Part shown: in pieces, positions 1 to 10,938 of the stretch
How the letters are laid out: each line of letters opens with the position of its first letter
Numbering within the stretch: position 1 is the first letter of the stretch
NCBI GenBank assembly: GCA_963736005.1
Contig: CAVTNB010000001.1
Span: 960,001 to 1,024,000, forward strand
Direction of reading: 5' to 3'
Source: an uncultured Pseudomonadota bacterium
GTDB taxonomy: Bacteria > Vulcanimicrobiota > Vulcanimicrobiia > Eremiobacterales > Eremiobacteraceae
DNA: 64,000 nucleotides
Translations under genes and position numbers: made by a program
The notes under the pieces: model-generated
Databases searched by the model: none
The model's input: only the letters and a program-made list of their open reading frames with translations
What the model was told of the DNA's origin: nothing

Positions 1-123
1 TACAACATGATCGACGCCATCGGGCCGACCGGCATCACGCAGCAAGAGGCGACCCAAGAAGTCACCTCGCGCACGATGATGGGCGGTCTTCCCGCGCCCA
101 ACGGCAGCGTCGGGGGGTATTGA
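1..123 (+). CDS. 3' end of an unknown CDS running in from the window edge
   Basis: Frame 1 is open (YNMIDAIGPTGITQQEATQEVTSRTMMGGLPAPNGSVGGY*) and stops at TGA 121-123, just before the next ATG at 126. Confidence 0.5.
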   Translation, partial: YNMIDAIGPTGITQQEATQEVTSRTMMGGLPAPNGSVGGY

Positions 124-125
124 TC

Positions 126-881
126 ATGAAGAAATTGTTTGTGGTAGTTCTGCTGACTGCGCTGTGTGCCACGGCGACGGCCAAAGTCGCCGTCGGCGAC
201 AGCTTCTTCCACCGCCTGCGCGTCGACGGCTTGGTCAGCGATGGGGTCACTTTGTACCATACCGGCGATTATCAGCAATCCATTCAAAAGCTCAATGATG
301 CGCTCTCGCTGAGCAACGACAACGTCGAGGCGCTCTTCGACCTTGGGTTAGATCAATATGCGTTAGGGCAATATCAGGCAGCCGCCGACGACTTCCAAGC
401 CTGCCTCAAGCTGCAACCTGATTTTGTCCCCGCGCAATTCAACCTCGGCGTGGCTGACATTGGACTCAACCAGCTCGACGCAGCGAAAGCAATCTTCCAG
501 CAAATAATCGCGCAGCACCCATCATCGGTTCGTGCCCACTTCGATATGGGGCTGTCGACCTTTCTCGCGGGCGACGCGAGCCAAGCGGCGAACCAATTTG
601 CGGTAGCGGCGCTCCTCCATCCGCAGTACGTGCAGGCGCACTATGACAAGGCGCTGGCCCTGTACCGAACCGGAAACTTAGTCGCCGCCGATCAGGAAGC
701 CGGCGAGTCGCTCAAGCTCAACAACTCGTTTGCGAAGGCATACTTCCTGCGGGGAGCCATCCGTTTGCGACAGGGAAACGACGGTGATGCGAGAGCACAG
801 TTCGAACAGGCGGCGAAACTGTCGACCGATCCCGTCCTCAAATCGCTCTGCGCGCAGATCATCGCCCAAATCGGGGCGTAA
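126..881 (+). CDS. Secreted tetratricopeptide repeat (TPR) protein
   Basis: Signal peptide MKKLFVVVLLTALCATATA; repeated TPR-like units (ALFDLG, AQFNLG, AHFDMG, AHYDKA, AYFLRG). Confidence 0.9.
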   Translation: MKKLFVVVLLTALCATATAKVAVGDSFFHRLRVDGLVSDGVTLYHTGDYQQSIQKLNDALSLSNDNVEALFDLGLDQYALGQYQAAADDFQACLKLQPDFVPAQFNLGVADIGLNQLDAAKAIFQQIIAQHPSSVRAHFDMGLSTFLAGDASQAANQFAVAALLHPQYVQAHYDKALALYRTGNLVAADQEAGESLKLNNSFAKAYFLRGAIRLRQGNDGDARAQFEQAAKLSTDPVLKSLCAQIIAQIGA

Positions 882-888
882 CAAGAAA

Positions 889-910
889 GGGGCGATTTTC
901 CAATCGCCCC
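889..910. repeat. REP-like palindrome, family A (GGGGCGA-TTTTCCAA-TCGCCCC)
   Basis: Hairpin just after the TPR stop codon; same sequence at 6189, 48654 and 48692. Confidence 0.8.
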
Positions 911-936
911 TTCACGTATCGCGAATAAATGAAATT

Positions 937-1128
937 TTAATTAAATGATTGCAGTTTGAGCTTTTTGCGGACTACCGATAACGTCGGAGACGAAATCAGC
1001 GCGATGTAGTAGGCGTGGAGCTCACGCGCGTTGAGCGTCGTGCGCACGAAGTCGGGTTTTGGCCAACCTCTGACTGCCGGCGCATCGCTGCGCAAGCTCC
1101 TTTTCTCGAATGGGCCGATTTCTCGCAC
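937..1128 (-). CDS. Small hypothetical protein (63 aa)
   Basis: GTG start preceded by GGGGAGG; fills an intergenic gap; no recognisable motif. Confidence 0.35.
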   Translation of the reverse strand: MREIGPFEKRSLRSDAPAVRGWPKPDFVRTTLNARELHAYYIALISSPTLSVVRKKLKLQSFN

Positions 1129-1224
1129 GCTGGCACCCTCCCCCAGGCTTTCCCACTAACTCGTAACCTGGTCAATACATAAACGTAGAGACCAGAGATT
1201 TGGTGCCGTCGAAGCGTCGCTGCC

Positions 1225-2121
1225 TCAGGGACGATGCTGGCCGTACGCCGCTTCGTCAAAATACCAGTCTGGTAGAGTATTCGGAAAACCGAAGTCGGAA
1301 AAATAGTACTCGTAGTGCCCGCTATCCGAAAAGATAGCAATGTGTCCCTGTGCGTCGGCTGATGCCTGCTTGACCAGCCAATAGTTTCCGATAGGCGCAA
1401 ACTCAACATCCGCCACCGCGCGACCAACGAGCGGCCCAGCTCTGCCAGTAGCATCGGCGTGCGCTCTCCACACCTCGAACAGTTGGGTATCCACCCAAAG
1501 GTCCGTCCACGGATGTTTTTGCGGGTCGTGAATCGCTCGCAAGACCAGATGGTAAACTTGGTGGTTCTTGTACATTTCGATGCCAGCAAGCGACACGATG
1601 TAATACCGATCGCCGTTGACCGTTTGCAACGCGATGATCGGAGCGGCAGAGGTGCCCGGTGCCGGCGAGCCAACCGGCGGCGGCGCTGTCGTCACGGGCG
1701 CCGGAGTTGCGTAGAGCAGAATATTGTTGTCCGGCGCTGAGGGAAACGGATAACCGAAAAAAGTCTCGTAGGTGCCGTTGCGGTTGGGAACAACGTTTTG
1801 CATCAGACCCTTGCCATCGTTTCGGTACCAGATCTGATAGTCAAATTCGTAGCGCTTGCCGTGATGAACGAAAACTTCGTGCATCTTATAGTAGGTGTAC
1901 GGCGGATCGGGGTTCATTCGAAGCGCCGCCTCGGTGCGTTCGAGAATCTCATCAGGGGTCAGCGATTCCAGTGGTGCAGGAGTTGGACTTGGAGTGATGC
2001 GTGGTGAGGCCGACGGTTTCGGCTTGATGGCGTAGCTCTGCGGCTGCGCGAAGCCGCCACTTGCGGTAAAGATTACAACGAACAGCACCGCCGACGCGAT
2101 GACCACGAGGATCGCTTTCAT
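1225..2121 (-). CDS. Secreted hypothetical protein with Pro/Thr-rich linkers
   Basis: 298-aa ORF with N-terminal signal peptide and PSPTPAP linkers. Confidence 0.75.
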   Translation of the reverse strand: MKAILVVIASAVLFVVIFTASGGFAQPQSYAIKPKPSASPRITPSPTPAPLESLTPDEILERTEAALRMNPDPPYTYYKMHEVFVHHGKRYEFDYQIWYRNDGKGLMQNVVPNRNGTYETFFGYPFPSAPDNNILLYATPAPVTTAPPPVGSPAPGTSAAPIIALQTVNGDRYYIVSLAGIEMYKNHQVYHLVLRAIHDPQKHPWTDLWVDTQLFEVWRAHADATGRAGPLVGRAVADVEFAPIGNYWLVKQASADAQGHIAIFSDSGHYEYYFSDFGFPNTLPDWYFDEAAYGQHRP

Positions 2122-2284
2122 GAATGAGTCTTTAGTTTTTCATCCGCAAGCGCGGGTCGCCCTCTTGCGTCGCAGCGGTTATTGTGACGATGCCCGGCGG
2201 GATTTTAAAGCCCTACCCCGAACCGCCCGGCTGTCCGGTACGTTTTCAATCGGCCCAGCGTGGCTTAGCGTTTGGAGTCTCGAA

Positions 2285-3616
2285 GTGACGGCGACCATTT
2301 CAGCCATCCGTTCTGCGCTCTTGTTCTCGATCGCGGCGACGATCGTGTTTGCTTTGGCCTCCTGCGGGGGTGGCGGAGGGGGTTCAATAAATCCGCCGCC
2401 GACCCAGCCCCCGACGACCAATCCGTCGCCACTTCCATCGGGGTCTCCCTATCCTTCAAATAACGGTGACACCTTCGCGTATTCCGGAACCAGCACGCAA
2501 GTGGTCACCCGATCGGTCCCAACGCCAACCCCACCGCCTTCGACAGTCCAATCAACGGTGACCCAGAATCAAACCGTGATGACCGCGCAAATGTTTCACG
2601 GCAACCCTGCAACCGATTTCCACACGGTTGAAACCGACACCGCACCGAATCAAGCGATCACGACGACTTCCGACAACTATTTCGTTATCCCCAGCGGCAG
2701 CGGAAACGTCGTCCAGCTCGGTTTTTCCTCGGCCGATAGCAACGGCGTGACGCTCGATGTGCAATACCTTTCGGGCAACGGCATCATCGACCAATTGCCG
2801 GAAACCCAAGGCGGGAATTGGTTAAACAATGCATCCGAGTCTACGGTCGAAAATAACCCTGACGGAACGAGCTTGACGCAGACCATCAACGCTGACGGAT
2901 CCTACAATGAGACGCAAACTCTCGTCGTTGGCAACGGGACCATCACCGAAAACAGCGATGGAACCGGAACCGCGAACTTTCCCACGACTGTTTTTTTTGG
3001 TACCGGCACGGGGACGCTGTTTTCCGTCGGTGCGCAATCTGGCGGTCTCATTCCGATCACCCTCAGCGCGGTTGGAGCATCCGCTCCGACTCCGGCGCCA
3101 GTTTTGGTTCAAATTCCTGCCTGGTATCCAGCCTCGCCAACGCTTGCCAGTGACACGACGACCAATATGGGAACAACACGGATCCCGCGCGGCTGTGCTG
3201 CGAGTACGTACCCTGGCGTCGGGATTCAACTCCATGAGTCGAGAACGCGGCTCGACACAATTCTTGGCTATCAAGAGACCGAGACCCAAGATCGCTGGAT
3301 CGTGCCAAGCATTGGGCCCACGTGCGCCCAAATCGCAGATTCAGTCGTTCTCTTTTACGATTTCACCGGACAGACGACCACCGCCGTCTTTAACACTACC
3401 GGGGTCCAGACAACGTCGATAACAGAAGTGCTCGGACTCCAGTCGGCAACAATATTAGCCGCGGCCCGGCATCCACTCGATCTTCGAAGTCGCTCGGCAG
3501 CCTTTTCCGCCCGCCTAGAGCTTTCGAGGGAACGCATCGAGCGCTTCCGACAGGCTGTGCGGCGGCGTCAATTGCTTAGGTTGCAAAACTTTCTCCAGAG
3601 GAAGATCCTCCTATGA
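2285..3616 (+). CDS. Thr/Ser/Pro-rich lipoprotein
   Basis: Lipobox LASC followed by GGGGGG; probable GTG start at 2285; stop overlaps the next ATG (ATGA). Confidence 0.75.
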   Translation: MTATISAIRSALLFSIAATIVFALASCGGGGGGSINPPPTQPPTTNPSPLPSGSPYPSNNGDTFAYSGTSTQVVTRSVPTPTPPPSTVQSTVTQNQTVMTAQMFHGNPATDFHTVETDTAPNQAITTTSDNYFVIPSGSGNVVQLGFSSADSNGVTLDVQYLSGNGIIDQLPETQGGNWLNNASESTVENNPDGTSLTQTINADGSYNETQTLVVGNGTITENSDGTGTANFPTTVFFGTGTGTLFSVGAQSGGLIPITLSAVGASAPTPAPVLVQIPAWYPASPTLASDTTTNMGTTRIPRGCAASTYPGVGIQLHESRTRLDTILGYQETETQDRWIVPSIGPTCAQIADSVVLFYDFTGQTTTAVFNTTGVQTTSITEVLGLQSATILAAARHPLDLRSRSAAFSARLELSRERIERFRQAVRRRQLLRLQNFLQRKILL

Positions 3617-5660
3617 AGCGTTGCTTTGCCTTTCTTATTGTTGCCATCGTGCTCTTGTCGTCTGCGCGTTTGGCGAGCGCGGCCCAAACTTGGAGGTTAC
3701 CGGAACCGCTCAAACCAGGCGGTCTCCCTATTCTTCCGACGCTCGGAGGAACCAGGACACCGAGCTTCGATGACGAGGCAGTCCGCGGCGCGCAATACCT
3801 GGGACCTGCCCAACTTGGAAGGATGAGCATCGATGTCGTGATGCAAATGCGCGACGAGCAGAACCTGCGGCGTTATGCGCGCTTAGTGAGCGATCGCCAC
3901 TCTCTGTATTACCGCCATTTCTTGACTCCGCAACAACTCGGCGATGACTTCGGCGCAACGCCTGCCCAGTACCAGCGGGCAATGGAATACTTTTGGGCTC
4001 AAGGTCTGCTCGTGCGCACTTGGAACCAACGTCAGGTCTTGCGCGTTGTCGGACCACAAGCAAACGTGGAAAGGGCGCTCTCCACTCACTTTGGTTTGTT
4101 CCGAAAGCACGGGGTCACTTTTTACGCGCCGATAGCCGCGCCGCGTTTCATGACCTCCTTGAACGTGCGAGCGATCGGCGGGATTGTCAACTATCATCGC
4201 ATGCGGCGCCACATTGTGGTGAGCGGACCGTTTTATCCAGCCATCGGAATAGGCCCAGGACTTATCGTGGGCAGCTCGCCGTTCGATCTTGCCGGCGCGT
4301 TTGACTACACAGGTGCCTACCACATCAATGGGAGCTGCTGCCTGGGCGATGGTATCACGATCGGCATCGTCGGCACGGGACCCATCTCGAGTGCGGACGT
4401 TCCCTTTTTCCGATCCGTCTTCAACGTGGGCGGAACCGGCACGGTGACTCAAGTGAACGCGACGGATGCGATTTTTGGAGCCGGTTCCCTGGTTGCGTGC
4501 TGCTATAGCACGGGCTTGCAAACTCCGCCTGCAGTTACTGCTCCATGCGGCGGTCCCTTACCAGGGTGCAATCCCGAAGATATTGAGGCACAACTCGACA
4601 CGGAACAGACGAGCTCGCTTGCTCCCAATGCCTCTGTGAATTTCTATCTTGCCTACAATCCGAATGAGTGCTTCACAGCCGGCCCCTGTGCACCGGGCGC
4701 AGGTTCGCAGCAATTGGGCGTCGTTGAGTCCGACGATGAGCTCCAGCAGATTATCAACGACAACGTGGCAGATGTCGTGTCGGGAAGCTACGGCATCGGC
4801 GAACTCGACTATGCCGGTCAAAGCGGTGGTCTCCTCAATGCGAACGGAACCGGTGTCGAGCCGAATATTTTCGCTGCGCTCGCTGCCGAAGGCATTGCCG
4901 TTTTTCTATCATCCGGCGATACTGGGGCTGAAGGATGTCAAAGAGACCAAGTCTTCGCAACGGCCGATGTGCTGTGTGTTTCCTACCCTTCGGGTGATCC
5001 GAACGTGACGTCCGCGGGAGGGACGACAACGCCCATCGGCAATAACGGCCGCCTCACTGGCCTTGTGACTGCATGGGGCGTGCAGACCCAGTCCGGCGGG
5101 GCAGGCGGTGGCGGATTCTCACAAGTCTTCCCAAGACCGGGCTTTGAGCCGACAGGCCAATTCTGTGCGAACATGGCGGATAGCAACGGCGTGCAGTGCG
5201 ACAGCTCCCATCGTTTACAACCCGATGTGTCGTTGAACGCAGACCCCGCCACTGGTACGACAATTACGATCAACTGCGGCACCGGTCCGAGTTGCTCCGG
5301 ACTCGGAGGCGCTTTGATCGGCCTTGAAGGTGGAACGAGCGCCTCGGCACAGACATGGCAGCCATGTGGGCGCTGGTGCTTGAAGCCTGCAAACAAACGG
5401 TCAGCTGCGCGACAGCCTCAGGCGGTCACCCCTACCGCTTGGGTAACGCTGCGCCGCTCTTGTATGGGCTGTCGCAGAGCGTTCGATCTTCCGCATTCTT
5501 GGACATTACCTATGGAAACATCGCCGTGCCGTTGTCAACCAGTGGCGGCGACTACACGCAGCTGGATCCTGGCTTTCTGGCCGGCCCTGGCTACGACTTA
5601 GCCACCGGGCTTGGAGCACCGTTCGCCCGTAATCTCATCAAAGCCATCACTGGCATGTAA
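3613..5660 (+). CDS. S53 family (sedolisin/kumamolisin-like) peptidase with prodomain; apparent frameshift near 5350
   Basis: Signal peptide, pro-domain, EAQLD, SSGDTG, PDVSLNADP and GGTSAS motifs; the C-terminus (AAMWALV...GYDLATGLG) continues in ORF 5355..5660. Confidence 0.9.
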
Positions 5661-5679
5661 CGCTCTGAGGAGGTATCAC

Positions 5680-6054
5680 GTGAAGAAACTTCTGTTTCGT
5701 CCGCACTTCGCTGCAGTGGTTGCAACCTCTGGCCTCATCCTGACCGCGGCGTTGATCTTCGTGGCCAAAGCGGCTGACAATTGCGACATCGATTGGGGAT
5801 CGGCTCAATATCGCGGTGCAGTGTCGGATTGCGAAACAAGTGCGACGGTCGGGTTAGCGAAGGCGGGCTTCGACCAAATTCAAACCGGCGTTCATACCAA
5901 TCACACATCGATCTGGGGCTACCATGGCAATTACCGCGCCCTTATCTTATGCACCAAGGCAGATAGCGGCGCCACCTACGCTGAGATGGTGATTGGACCG
6001 ACGGGCAACGAACTCGATTCACTGTTCAAAGCCGTCGACACTGACTTTAAATAA
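5680..6054 (+). CDS. Secreted hypothetical protein
   Basis: GAGGAGG RBS before GTG 5680; signal peptide ending AKA. Confidence 0.7.
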   Translation: MKKLLFRPHFAAVVATSGLILTAALIFVAKAADNCDIDWGSAQYRGAVSDCETSATVGLAKAGFDQIQTGVHTNHTSIWGYHGNYRALILCTKADSGATYAEMVIGPTGNELDSLFKAVDTDFK

Positions 6055-6061
6055 ACGATAA

Positions 6062-6088
6062 GGGGGGCGACTTTTAAAGTCGCCCTTT
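6062..6088 (+). terminator. REP-like hairpin acting as probable terminator (GGGCGAC-TTTTAAA-GTCGCCC-TTT)
   Basis: Stem-loop directly after the stop at 6054, between convergent genes. Confidence 0.55.
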
Positions 6089-6188
6089 CCGTCCGGCAGG
6101 TGGGTTTGCGCCCCCACCTTCTTCGGTCGTGGGTATTGGTGGAATCACGGGCGGGGGGTCGTTCATTGTAGCCTGGCCTTTCGTCAAT

Positions 6189-6214
6189 GGGGCGATTTTC
6201 CAATCGCCCCCTAC
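6189..6214. repeat. GTAG-type REP-like element, family A
   Basis: GGGGCGATTTTCCAATCGCCCC followed by CTAC. Confidence 0.85.
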
Positions 6215-6223
6215 AGCTAGATT

Positions 6224-7376
6224 CTATTTGTCTTGCGCGTAGCCGGCTGGGATGTCGAAGAGCGAAACATCGGCGGCGGTGAGCTGGCGTATGTTCCCGC
6301 GCTGGGAAAGTTGCAGGTAGTTTGCGGGCAACGCCTGCGGTCCTCCGCCACCTTGGAAGCGCTGCATCATCGCGGCCGGATCGATCGTGTTGCCTGACTC
6401 CGGTTTTTGTGCTGCGGCAATCGCGTCGCGCACGACGGTAACGAGTCGGTAGACGTACATCTGGCCGCTCGGTACGCGGCGTTCCAGAGACCTGGCGATT
6501 GATTGTTGCAGAGCAGCCGTTCGGGAGCGCCAATGTATCGAGTGACACTTCCTTCGACTGCGCCACAGGCTCTGGGAGCTGCGCGAGATATTCGAGCTTC
6601 TTTGCCCGAAAGGTACCGTCTTGGCACGTTCCGGAGCTGCCGGTGAGCGTCACGATTGCTTCGGAACTATACCCGACGACTGGCTGGCTGTCAACGGTCT
6701 GGGTATCAGCTTGGCCAATAGAAAGCATCGAGTTTGCCGTCGCCTCACCAGTTAATGTCGGCGCACCGGCTACGGTGTTTTGCTCGGTCTGAACCGGCGC
6801 GGTCATGTCGTAGGTGCGATACGTCTTAGCCTGCACATCGATAAAAACCACCTGATGCTGATCGGGTTTTGTAATAATGATCGAACTGGCGGTCTCAACG
6901 CGCGTCCAACCGTTGTAAAACGCGTAGCGGGTGAGCACCGGTGGCTTGGCCCCCGCAAGCTGATCCATCATGGCCTGCTGCTGTTTCTTGGCTTGTTCCA
7001 TTTGTTTCTTCGCTTGACTCATCGAGAAGATCGTACCAACGACCGGAATCATGTCGACTGCCATCTGTCCTAAGTTCGGCCCTCCCATCCCGACGTTCAT
7101 CCCGCCTGATGCATGTTGTGCATCTATGGCTGCTTGAACTTCATCCGCGAACCCTGTGATCGGGGGTGGTGTTGCCGTGCCTGCGAGGGTGCGATCGACT
7201 TGATCGAAGGCGATATTGAGTGGCGCTGGCGTCTGAGCCGCTGGTGTCAGCGTTGCCGCTGACGCCGGTTGTCCTGCGGCGCCTGGGCTCGTGGGATCGG
7301 CATTCGCCAGCGCCACCGTCAAGAGACAAAGAGCGGTAGCAATGGAAGCGATTCTCGCAAGCATGTACTGCCTCAA
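6224..7376 (-). CDS. Secreted hypothetical protein; apparent frameshift near 6470
   Basis: Signal peptide; ORF 5976..7376 loses plausibility after VSGTP, and ORF 6224..6460 supplies a natural C-terminus (LFDIPAGY). Confidence 0.65.
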
Positions 7377-7735
7377 TTCACTGTTACAGCCACCGATACG
7401 GTTTGACCGTTCCCATCACTCACCTTGATGGAGCACGTACCCGCGGCGACTGCCGTTACCATGAACGCGTTCGTGGTCCCGTTGACCGGAGCAACGCTCG
7501 CAACGTTGACGTTCGTGGTCTGAGCGCTGAAAAACGAATTGCCCGATTCACTTGCCGTGATGGTCTGTTGGCTGGATGCGCCGCTTGTCTGCATTGTCAA
7601 ACTTTTTGGCACCGTCGTCAAGGGCGGAGTTGGGGTCGGCGAGGGGATGAGGTTGAGGGGGTTCAGAGCACCGCCCAGACCGCATCCGCCTAGCAGAAGC
7701 GCCGCCGCGAATATAGCGAAAAGACTTACTTTCAT
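7373..7735 (-). CDS. Small lipoprotein with Ig-like beta-sandwich
   Basis: Lipobox LGGC, PSPTPTPP linker, and beta-rich C-terminus (VTAVAAGTCSIKVSD). Confidence 0.75.
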   Translation of the reverse strand: MKVSLFAIFAAALLLGGCGLGGALNPLNLIPSPTPTPPLTTVPKSLTMQTSGASSQQTITASESGNSFFSAQTTNVNVASVAPVNGTTNAFMVTAVAAGTCSIKVSDGNGQTVSVAVTVN

Positions 7736-7844
7736 GTTGTCTACGGCCGGCTCACGCCAACCGTCCTCCCTGTCTCGACTATAGGGCCAGCCGCTTGGTG
7801 GCGACATCCGGGGAACCTCGCAACGTCGCCCGCAAGAAGAGCGT

Positions 7845-7886
7845 GAGCGGACCTAAAGGTCCGCTGCTACAAAGGTCCGCCGCTAC
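7845..7886. repeat. GTAG-type REP-like element, family B (AGCGGACCTAAAGGTCCGCT-GCTAC), plus partial duplicate
   Basis: Palindrome followed by CTAC; related copies at 9947, 25289, 34943, 48599 and 61695. Confidence 0.8.
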
Positions 7887-7907
7887 AGAGGCGGGGAACG
7901 CGCGTGA

Positions 7908-10900
7908 GTGCTCGATCTTTTCCCCCCAACCGAACAGCAGCTCGCCGTCATCAATCATCGCGGGAGCAACATGCTCGTGCTTGCCGGGCCCGGGACCGGC
8001 AAGACGGAGACTCTAGCCCGCCGCTTCGCGTCGTTGGTCGCTGATGGGGTACCGGCCAATCAAATCCTTGTCTTGACTTTTTCGCGGCGGGCCGCCGAGG
8101 AAATGCGGGATCGCGTTCTCTTGCGGCTGCGGCAGCTTCGCCGGACGAGCCTGGCAGTCTCGGAGCTCTTCGTCAAGACGTTTCACAGCTTTTGCGCGCG
8201 ACTGCTCGATGGTGATGACGTTCGAATGCCGAGGCGCGCCTTGCTGACGCCCGTGAAGGAGAGACTACTGTGGCGCCGACTGATGCGCGCAGGGACCCTT
8301 AATTTCGAATCGTTCGACAGGGGCGTTGCCGAGAGTCCGCAGTTCGCCACAGACTGCCTCAATATTATTGGCCAGTTGAAAGGGCGAGGAATCTCCCCAA
8401 ACCATTTCGCCAGCATTGCTCGCAGCGACCCCCGCTTGCGCGATGTAGCGATGGTCTTCGAACGCATGGAACGCGAGCGCGAGCGTTTGGATTTGCACGA
8501 TTACCGAGATCTTGTCAACGAGGCCGATCGCGAACTGCGAGCTGCCGACAGCAAGGCCGCCCGCTGGCTGCGCGGATCTCGCTTCCAACACATTTTAGTT
8601 GACGAGTTTCAAGACAGCGACCTCATGCAACTACGCTTGCTCGAGGCGATGCGTGCCGGGGTCGAGCCGGAGCCCTGCTTTTGCTTTGTGGGTGACAAGA
8701 ACCAATCGATCTATCGGTTCCGTGGGGCATCGCCGGACAATGTCACTCGCGCGGCCGATCGGTTCGCCTGCTCGACGCTTTTGTTGCATGATAACCGCCG
8801 CTCCGCACCCGTCATTCTCGCGGTAGCCAACGCCGATGACAAGCTCGATGACGCCTCCAAAACAAAAGCGGCCGATCCGACCAAGGCTGGCGGCATCCGT
8901 TTTGTGCGCCCGCTTTCGCTCGAGGACGAAGTGCAGTTTCTCTGCGAAGCCATAGGAGAAAAAGTCGCCGCGGGTATTGCACCTCGAGCCATTGCCGTCT
9001 TGCTGCGCCGAACGCGTCCGTATCAGCAACTTATCATCAGCGCGTTGCACGAAGCAGGAATTCCGGTTGCCGTGCAACCCACGGCAGGCTTCCATGAAGA
9101 TGCGCTCATCGATTCCGTGCTGACGGCGCTTCATCTTCTCGCTGCGCCGCTGGACTCGAGTCTGTGGCAGCGCTTGCTCAACAATCCGATTGTTGGCTAC
9201 CGCCCTATTGACGTCTGCTATGCCTTCGACGCCGGACGCCGCAATGGACTTTCCGACCCACACGCAATGCTGACGAGCAACCCACCGCAGGGCGTGCGAT
9301 CGATTCACAGTTTTCTTGACGCGTGGCGGCGCTGCGTGCACGCTTACGATCGCGGCGAGCCACTCGAACTGCTCCAGACAATCGTGCATCAACTCGATCT
9401 TTTACGGCCAGTCCGCGAGAGCTCTCGAGTCGACGGATTCGACCTCGATGCCTCACCGGCGCGACTGCAAACGTTGCTTCAGGCAGCGGACGACTATCGA
9501 GAGATCGAGAGTGGGCGGACGTCAGATATCATCGCAGAGTTTATGGAGCATCTCGATGAGACCGTCGGCTTGCTTGAAGACGCAAACCAGCCGCCGGGAA
9601 ACGCGGTCGCGGGCGTACGGGTCATCTCCATTCATGCTGCCAAGGGATTGGAATTCGATTTCGTCGCGATTCCTGAGTTGCTCGAGGGCATTCTGCCAGC
9701 GAGCGAGCGGCCCAATCGGCTGCTGTCGCGGCGCAGCATTGCCACGTTACGCAAGGCTGGTGCGGACATTTTTGTCGACGACGATGAAGCACGCAGTGAG
9801 GAACACTCGCTATGGTATGTTGCGCTGACCAGGGCGCGTTCGGAAGTTCTGACGACCGCCGCGCAAGTGGACGACGACGGCGTGGACCTGCAACCATCGT
9901 CATTCGCGAGGGCGATCGAAAAGGTCGAGAGCGTCGAGAGCAAGGAGAGCGGACCTAAAGGTCCGCTGCTCCACAGGCCCGGGGCGACTTTCCAATCGCC
10001 GCCTACAGCGGTAGTACCCATAAAGTTGCCGATTGAGGCGTTATCGCCCAGTAGCATCAGTAACTTCGTCGCCTGCCCGCGGCGCTTCTACTATGGAGAC
10101 GTGTTGCGACTTCCTCGACGCGATGATGACGCGACCCTGTATGGCCGGCGACTCCACACGATCCTGCGACGCTTTCATGAAATCGAGACTGATTTCGAGC
10201 ACGTCGACGATCCGCTGGTTGCGGCTGCGCGCTACGAACGCACGTTGCGACGAATCATCGTCGAGGAAGATGGTTTTGGCGAAGTTGGTTTGAGCCCGCA
10301 AGAGCGCTTCGAACGCGACGACCTTATGCAACGCCTTACTCAGTATGCCGGCGCGCTCGCGCGAGAAGCCGTGACAAGTCCTTTTCGAGTGCTGGCATGC
10401 GAGAGGTCTGTGGCATCGTCCTTCGACGGGTTGACGATTCGGGGAATGGTCGATCGCATCGATCGGCTCGCCAGCGGCGAGTTGGTCATTCGTGACTACA
10501 AATCGGGGCGCTGCAAAGGCCTCCTTGCGACCTCATTGCGCAACGCGTTCGAGCAGTTAGATTCGGGAGAAATGCTGCTTCGGGGACGCACCCGAGGGCT
10601 TGAACGTGCAGACCATTCTTTACATTCCGGGAGTCGAAGAAGCGTTTGGCGCGCGGGTGCGGCGGCTCGATTACCTCTACTTTCGAGGCAAAGGAGCTGA
10701 CGACAGCCAGCTCCGGTATGATAGTACTGAGATCCTTGACTCAGACGCGCCATCAACAGGCGCAAACGAACTGAGCCGACACGACATTGCCAGAGCTCGC
10801 CGAGACATCGCCGTGAGGATTGTGGAACTCTGCGGCGATGGCAGCATGGCCGCCTTCTCGACGGCGCTCGATGAGAGAACCTGCATGTTCTGCGACTTCG

Positions 10901-10938
10901 TACGTATTTGTCCGGGGGCTGGGGCAATCCCGGCATGA
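7908..10938 (+). CDS. UvrD-like SF1 helicase with C-terminal PD-(D/E)XK nuclease (AdnA/AddB-like subunit); apparent frameshift near 10578
   Basis: AGPGTGKT, DEFQD, VGDKNQSIYRFRGA, SIHAAKGLEF, YVALTRAR and nuclease GMVDRID...DYK; C-terminal CMFCDFVRIC lies in ORF 10600..10938. Confidence 0.9.
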
